DNA of 10,461 nucleotides, taken from NCBI GenBank assembly GCA_041498975.1, contig JBGQJI010000086.1:1-10461 (forward strand), read 5' to 3'. Both the position numbers and the translations under genes were made by a program. Source of the DNA: Candidatus Methylomirabilis sp. (GTDB taxonomy: Bacteria > Methylomirabilota > Methylomirabilia > Methylomirabilales > Methylomirabilaceae). Shown one piece after another: positions 6,397 to 10,461 of the stretch. Every line of letters begins with the position of its first letter. Positions within the stretch are counted from its first letter, which is position 1. The notes below the pieces were generated by a model. That model did not search any database and was not told the DNA's origin. It saw only the letters and a list, made by a program, of their open reading frames with translations.

Positions 6397-7188
6397 TCAG
6401 CGGCCCGTGAAGGAGGGCTTCCGTTTCTCCGAGAAGGCTTTGAGCCCCTCCTGGATGTCCTCGGTGGGGCAGGCCAACCCGAAGAGATCGGCCTCGTAGC
6501 GGAGGGCATTGTCCAAGGCCATCTCGGGGCCGTGATTCACCGCCTCGAGGATTAAGCCGATGGCTACGGGACTTTTCTCCGCGATGACTTTCGCCAGACG
6601 GCCGGCCGCCGGGAGGAGCTCGCCCAAGGGAACGACCTGATTCACGAGACCGATTCTATAGGCCTCCTGGGCATCGATCATCTGTCCCGTGAGCTGCATC
6701 AGGAGGGCCCTTTTCTTCCCGATGAGTTTCGGGAGACGCTGGGTCCCACCCCAGCAGGGGTTGAAGCCGAGGTTGACCTCCGGCTGGCCGAACTTGGCGT
6801 TCTCTGCGGCGATCGCCAGATGGGCCGCCTCGACGATCTCGCAGCCGCCCCCGAGCGCGTAGCCGTTGACGGCGGCGATGACCGGCTTTCCCAGCCGCTC
6901 GATATTCGTCACCACCCGTTGACCCCTTCTGGCAAACTCTTCCCGTGCGTTCAGCGGCCCCTTGGCTATGGTGGCCTGAATCTCGGTGATATCGGCTCCG
7001 GCGATGAAGGCCTTCTCCCCGGCTCCAGTCAGGATGACCACCCTTACTTCGGGATCGTCCCTGGCCGAGAGAAGGGCATGCTCCAGTTCATCCATCGCCT
7101 CCCGGTTCAGGACATTCAGGGGCGGCCGGTTTATCGTGACGCAGGTAATCGCTTCCTTCTTTTCGTACAGGACATGTCGATAGGCCAT
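6397..7188 (-). CDS. Enoyl-CoA hydratase / crotonase family protein
   Basis: TINRPPLNVLN, oxyanion motif FIAGADI, PVIAAVNGYALGGGCE and FGQPEVNLG (both catalytic Glu), GGTQRLPKLIG, C-terminal FSEKRKPSFTGR. SD GAGGTG upstream. Confidence 0.96.
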   Translation of the reverse strand: MAYRHVLYEKKEAITCVTINRPPLNVLNREAMDELEHALLSARDDPEVRVVILTGAGEKAFIAGADITEIQATIAKGPLNAREEFARRGQRVVTNIERLGKPVIAAVNGYALGGGCEIVEAAHLAIAAENAKFGQPEVNLGFNPCWGGTQRLPKLIGKKRALLMQLTGQMIDAQEAYRIGLVNQVVPLGELLPAAGRLAKVIAEKSPVAIGLILEAVNHGPEMALDNALRYEADLFGLACPTEDIQEGLKAFSEKRKPSFTGR

Positions 7189-7217
7189 CGTCTCACCTCA
7201 AAGGGGTTAGGAGAACA

Positions 7218-7246
7218 AGGTTAGGGCGTTTTCGGTCAGGAGTCAA
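7218..7246 (-). promoter_or_regulatory. Putative sigma70 promoter for the crotonase-led - strand unit
   Basis: The - strand reads TTGACT (7246-7241), a 17-nt spacer, then TAACCT (7223-7218), about 30 nt upstream of the crotonase ATG. Confidence 0.6.
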
Positions 7247-7368
7247 CAAGGGAAAAAGTGGAGAAGGAACCAGGCGTGAATTGCCTCGTCGGCGGCAAAA
7301 AAACATTGCCAGGCTATCTATAATACTGATGGATACTAATGTTGTGCCAAGCTGGTAAGGAGGTATGA

Positions 7369-7779
7369 TGGTACATCGGACTGGAGCGGATAATCGAGGA
7401 AAGCAAAGAAACCTATTATGAGGTGCTCCTAAAAAGTTCTCACGGCTGGCACGAAGCGAAGCATGATCTTCGGCGTTGGTGGAACTATTTCCTTGGGACG
7501 CTTACCGCCGCCTACAAGGAGTTCGAGGAACGGGTGCGGACCCTCACCACGGCTCGTGGTGCCAAGCGTGAATTAGTGCGTCAGGCAGTGAATCGGCTTG
7601 CCGACCAATTTACCGTACAGGAACTCAGGCGTGCCTGCCCCGGTGTGAGCTCGGACATGATTCGCGTCGTCTTGAGGGAGCTCCAGAGAGGAAAACTCTT
7701 CGCTTGTACTGCACGGGGTCCGGGAGCCGCCTGGAGGAAAAGGGGCAAAATCCCTAAGAAGGGGAAAAAGTCAGGGTAA
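7369..7779 (+). pseudogene. C-terminal remnant of a Fic-family protein (post-catalytic helices plus winged-helix-like tail)
   Basis: The frame extends upstream of the track start as WYIGLERIIEESKETYYEVLLKSSHGWHEAKHD..WWNYFLG..AYKEFEERV, which I recognise as the segment following the Fic motif. An in-frame TGA lies at 7366, and there is no HPFxxGNGR motif. Confidence 0.75.
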
Positions 7780-7839
7780 CGACCCGAAGGCCATCCCAGA
7801 ACAAGATTTTGAAGCGATCACGCCCAACGGTCTTTAACC

Positions 7840-10461
7840 CTATGAAGCGGAAGGCTGCAGGCGGCTGAGGACGGCGCCGAGGTCGTCTACGGCAACCGGG
7901 ATGCCGGCGCGGTAGGCGATGACCTTCCCGGAGAAGGGCGAGAGGCGGGGACCGGGAAGCAGGACGCCCACGAGGTTCAGCGGGTCCGCCGCGCTGACGA
8001 TGGCGGTCTCGGTCTCGTCCGGCTTGCGGCGCACTGCCCGAAGTGCCTCGACCGCCTGCGGCAGGGCGAACTGCTCGCCCACTAACCCAGCTACGAACCT
8101 GCCGCCGCGGATCTCCCCTGCCGCTTCGAGCCTTCGGTAGATCGACAGCAGCTCTCTCCAGGAAGGGGCAAGGCTCTCCCGCGCCAACAGCTCCCGCACG
8201 ACCACCCCGTACCGCCGCAACAACTGCCGGGCAAACACCTCGGCGGCTCCCTGTTGTGAGACCTGATCCCCTTCGCTCTCGCGCAGCAGGGACCAGCGCC
8301 CCACAGGGATGAGGCGCTCTCGCAGGAGGGCGCCACGACTGCTTCGCAGGCGCCGATGAGGGAGTCGTCGCTCTTCCTGTGGCTTCAGGAGCAGCCTGAG
8401 GCCTGCGATTCCGTCGCCGGTCACCAGGCCCCGGGAGACCAGCTCCCAGAGCGCTTCTTCTACCTGGGCAGCCAGACACCCGGTTGTCCTCGCGATGTCA
8501 GGCAGAAACGAGGCGCCACGCCGCTCCAGGTGGGTCGCCACGAGGCGGGCTACCGGCGAGATGTCCTCCATCGCCTCCAGGTCGGTCGGTCCTGGTTCGA
8601 GCAGCCCGGGAAGGTTCGCACGCAACGCGAGCGCCAGGGGTGCCGAGCGGGTAGGTGCTCGCCGGCGCCTGAGCCGCGCCAGTCTGCCATCATGTGCATC
8701 ACCATCTTCCGTGTCGGGTTCCGCGGGCTGGCGAAGAAGGCGAAGGCGGCCCCAAGCCACTTCACCCGAAAGGCAGAGGGCCTCGAGGTCGTCGGGATTG
8801 TAAAGGGCGATCCGCGCGGGCAGAATGTCGCGCTCCCAGGACTGGGCAGGCAGTTCGAGCCCCTGGAGTTGGCCGATGACCTCGACAATCCCCTCGCGCC
8901 CGTGAAATTGCGTTCCCTTGAGGACATGCTGCCACTGCAGTAGGAAGCGGATGAAGTCGGCCGTTGAAACAGGTTCGATCTCGCGGCGCAAACGCCCGAT
9001 CGTCAGCCGATGGATACGGCTAAGGAGGCGGCGCTCGCACCATTCAATCGGCTCGTCCGGGGCGCCGGGCGTGAATCGACCGCGAAGCACGATGCCGTCC
9101 ACCTCGAGTGCGGCGAGGGCGATCTGCACCTGACCGACATCCAGGCCAAGGCGTCTGGCCAGCTCAGGGACTGTGGTTGGGCCCAGGATCTGAAGCCAGC
9201 CGTTCACGATGGCTCGTGTCGCCTCGGTCTGGTCTACGGGGTCGGCCTGGTCGGAGAATGGAGGGGGAGGGGTGAGGTCCGGATCGACATGAATGTCGGG
9301 CACGGCGGCGCGAACGAGGCGTATGCGCTCGGTGGCCACGAGCGCCTCGAACAGATCGCCGTGTGGGGTGCGAGGTGCGAGGTGCGATGCAGCCGGTGCA
9401 GGGTGCGATATTGTCCAGACGGCTCGAACGGCGCGGCCGTCCTGAACCAGCTTTTCGGCCCAGGCCTGCCATTCTCCGATCGTCACCGACGGCAGGATAC
9501 CCACCGTGTGCAGCACGTCGTGCAGGTCGTCGGCGTCCCGCGCGTCCGGCCACGCCTGGGCGCGCACCTCGTCGATGGCGCTTTGATCCAGCGCGCCGAC
9601 GCCCCGCGCCAGATCAGGGTCGATCCGCCGCAGCGCAACAGCGCGGGCTCGCCGCTCCTCCAGCGGCGCGTCGTCAAGGAACGCATACGGATTCGCGTTG
9701 AGGATTTCGTGGCACATCGGGGAGGGGACGGGCGTGTCCACCGCCATCGTGCGGATTGTCCCTTCTTGCATCGCCTTCGTCACAGCCATCAGACCGTCCA
9801 GATCCATCGCCTCGTGCAGGCAGTTGGCAATTGTCTCGTTGACGAGCGGATGGTCGGGCGGCTCGATGGGGCCGACTTGGTTGTCCTGACAGGCGACCTG
9901 AGCAGGGAAGACGGCCGCGAGCAGGTCCTCCGCCCGCATCCGCTGGATCGGCATAGGCACCCGGCGGCCACCGCTGTGCCGCAGCAGGACAAGGGACCGC
10001 GTCGCGTTCCAGCGCCAGCGGTTGGTGAACATCGGGGAGACGAGAACCGCCTGAATCAGGTCCTCGCGGAGCTGTTCAGGCGAGATCAGCCCGAAGATCA
10101 TCTCCAACGGGAACGAGTGTTGCTCTCCAAGCGACAGGACGATGCCGTCATCGGTGGCTGCCGCCTGCAGCTCGAAGTCGAAGCGGCGACAGAACCGCTT
10201 TCGCAAGACCAAGCCCCATGCTCTGTTGATCCGCCCGCCGAAGGGCGCGTGCAGCACGAGCTGCATCCCGCCTGCCTCGTCGAAGAACCGCTCGGCTACG
10301 ATCTGCCGCTGCCCGGGCACGGTTCCCAGGGTGGCGGCGGTTTCGGCAACATAGGCGACGATCTGCTCGGCCCCGGCCCGATCGACCCCCGCTTCCGTCT
10401 GCAGCCATGTCACGGCTGCCTCGGCGTCGGGCAGCCGCTGCGCGACCGCCTCGCGCACCTC
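7840..10461 (-). CDS. lhr: Lhr-family ATP-dependent helicase, C-terminal ~870 aa (5'-truncated by the window edge)
   Basis: DEAD/H-associated domain IVAERFFDEAGGMQLVLHAPFGGRINRAWG and QAAATDDGI; ANPYAFLDDAPLEERRARAV; EWCERRLLSRIHR; LWELVSRGLVTGD; C-terminal GEIRGGRFVAGLVGEQFA and SAADPLNL. The helicase core lies outside the window. Confidence 0.92.
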   Translation of the reverse strand, partial: EVREAVAQRLPDAEAAVTWLQTEAGVDRAGAEQIVAYVAETAATLGTVPGQRQIVAERFFDEAGGMQLVLHAPFGGRINRAWGLVLRKRFCRRFDFELQAAATDDGIVLSLGEQHSFPLEMIFGLISPEQLREDLIQAVLVSPMFTNRWRWNATRSLVLLRHSGGRRVPMPIQRMRAEDLLAAVFPAQVACQDNQVGPIEPPDHPLVNETIANCLHEAMDLDGLMAVTKAMQEGTIRTMAVDTPVPSPMCHEILNANPYAFLDDAPLEERRARAVALRRIDPDLARGVGALDQSAIDEVRAQAWPDARDADDLHDVLHTVGILPSVTIGEWQAWAEKLVQDGRAVRAVWTISHPAPAASHLAPRTPHGDLFEALVATERIRLVRAAVPDIHVDPDLTPPPPFSDQADPVDQTEATRAIVNGWLQILGPTTVPELARRLGLDVGQVQIALAALEVDGIVLRGRFTPGAPDEPIEWCERRLLSRIHRLTIGRLRREIEPVSTADFIRFLLQWQHVLKGTQFHGREGIVEVIGQLQGLELPAQSWERDILPARIALYNPDDLEALCLSGEVAWGRLRLLRQPAEPDTEDGDAHDGRLARLRRRRAPTRSAPLALALRANLPGLLEPGPTDLEAMEDISPVARLVATHLERRGASFLPDIARTTGCLAAQVEEALWELVSRGLVTGDGIAGLRLLLKPQEERRLPHRRLRSSRGALLRERLIPVGRWSLLRESEGDQVSQQGAAEVFARQLLRRYGVVVRELLARESLAPSWRELLSIYRRLEAAGEIRGGRFVAGLVGEQFALPQAVEALRAVRRKPDETETAIVSAADPLNLVGVLLPGPRLSPFSGKVIAYRAGIPVAVDDLGAVLSRLQPSAS
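9367..9408. repeat. Heptamer tandem repeat (GGTGCGA) inside lhr
   Basis: In 7-nt register: GGTGCGA x3 (9367-9387), TGCAGCC, GGTGCAG, GGTGCGA. Total 42 nt, frame-preserving, within ISHPAPAASHLAPRTPH. Confidence 0.7.

Noticed and set aside
7337..7352. TAATGTTGTGCCAAGC resembling the MITE TIR near the Fic breakpoint
   Set aside because: Only 10/16 match and I found no partner end.
7754..10408. Alternate-frame and antisense ORFs over lhr (likewise over the kinase, regulator, cyclase and crotonase)
   Set aside because: Shadow ORFs expected in high-GC coding DNA; they are Arg/Pro/Ser-rich, lack motifs and overlap well-supported genes.

Overview
High-GC bacterial window. On the + strand: a 5'-truncated PAS histidine kinase and a sigma54-dependent NtrC-family response regulator. 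On the - strand, in reading order: a 5'-truncated Lhr-type helicase, a crotonase, a frameshifted or split OB-fold gene, a cupin, a membrane diguanylate cyclase and a proline-rich lipoprotein. A Fic C-terminal remnant lies on the + strand between the crotonase and Lhr. The most interesting signal is non-coding, at 2414-4240. Two copies of a MITE-like element (16-bp TIR TAGTGCCGTTCCAACT) each sit at the stop codon of a - strand ORF. The long copy carries nested TGTCATTGCGAG-type palindromes. Between the copies, a consensus sigma54 promoter with an IHF-like site points at one or two tiny ORFs absent from the ORF track, one encoding a 40-41 aa membrane peptide. All calls come from reading motifs by eye; no searches were run.
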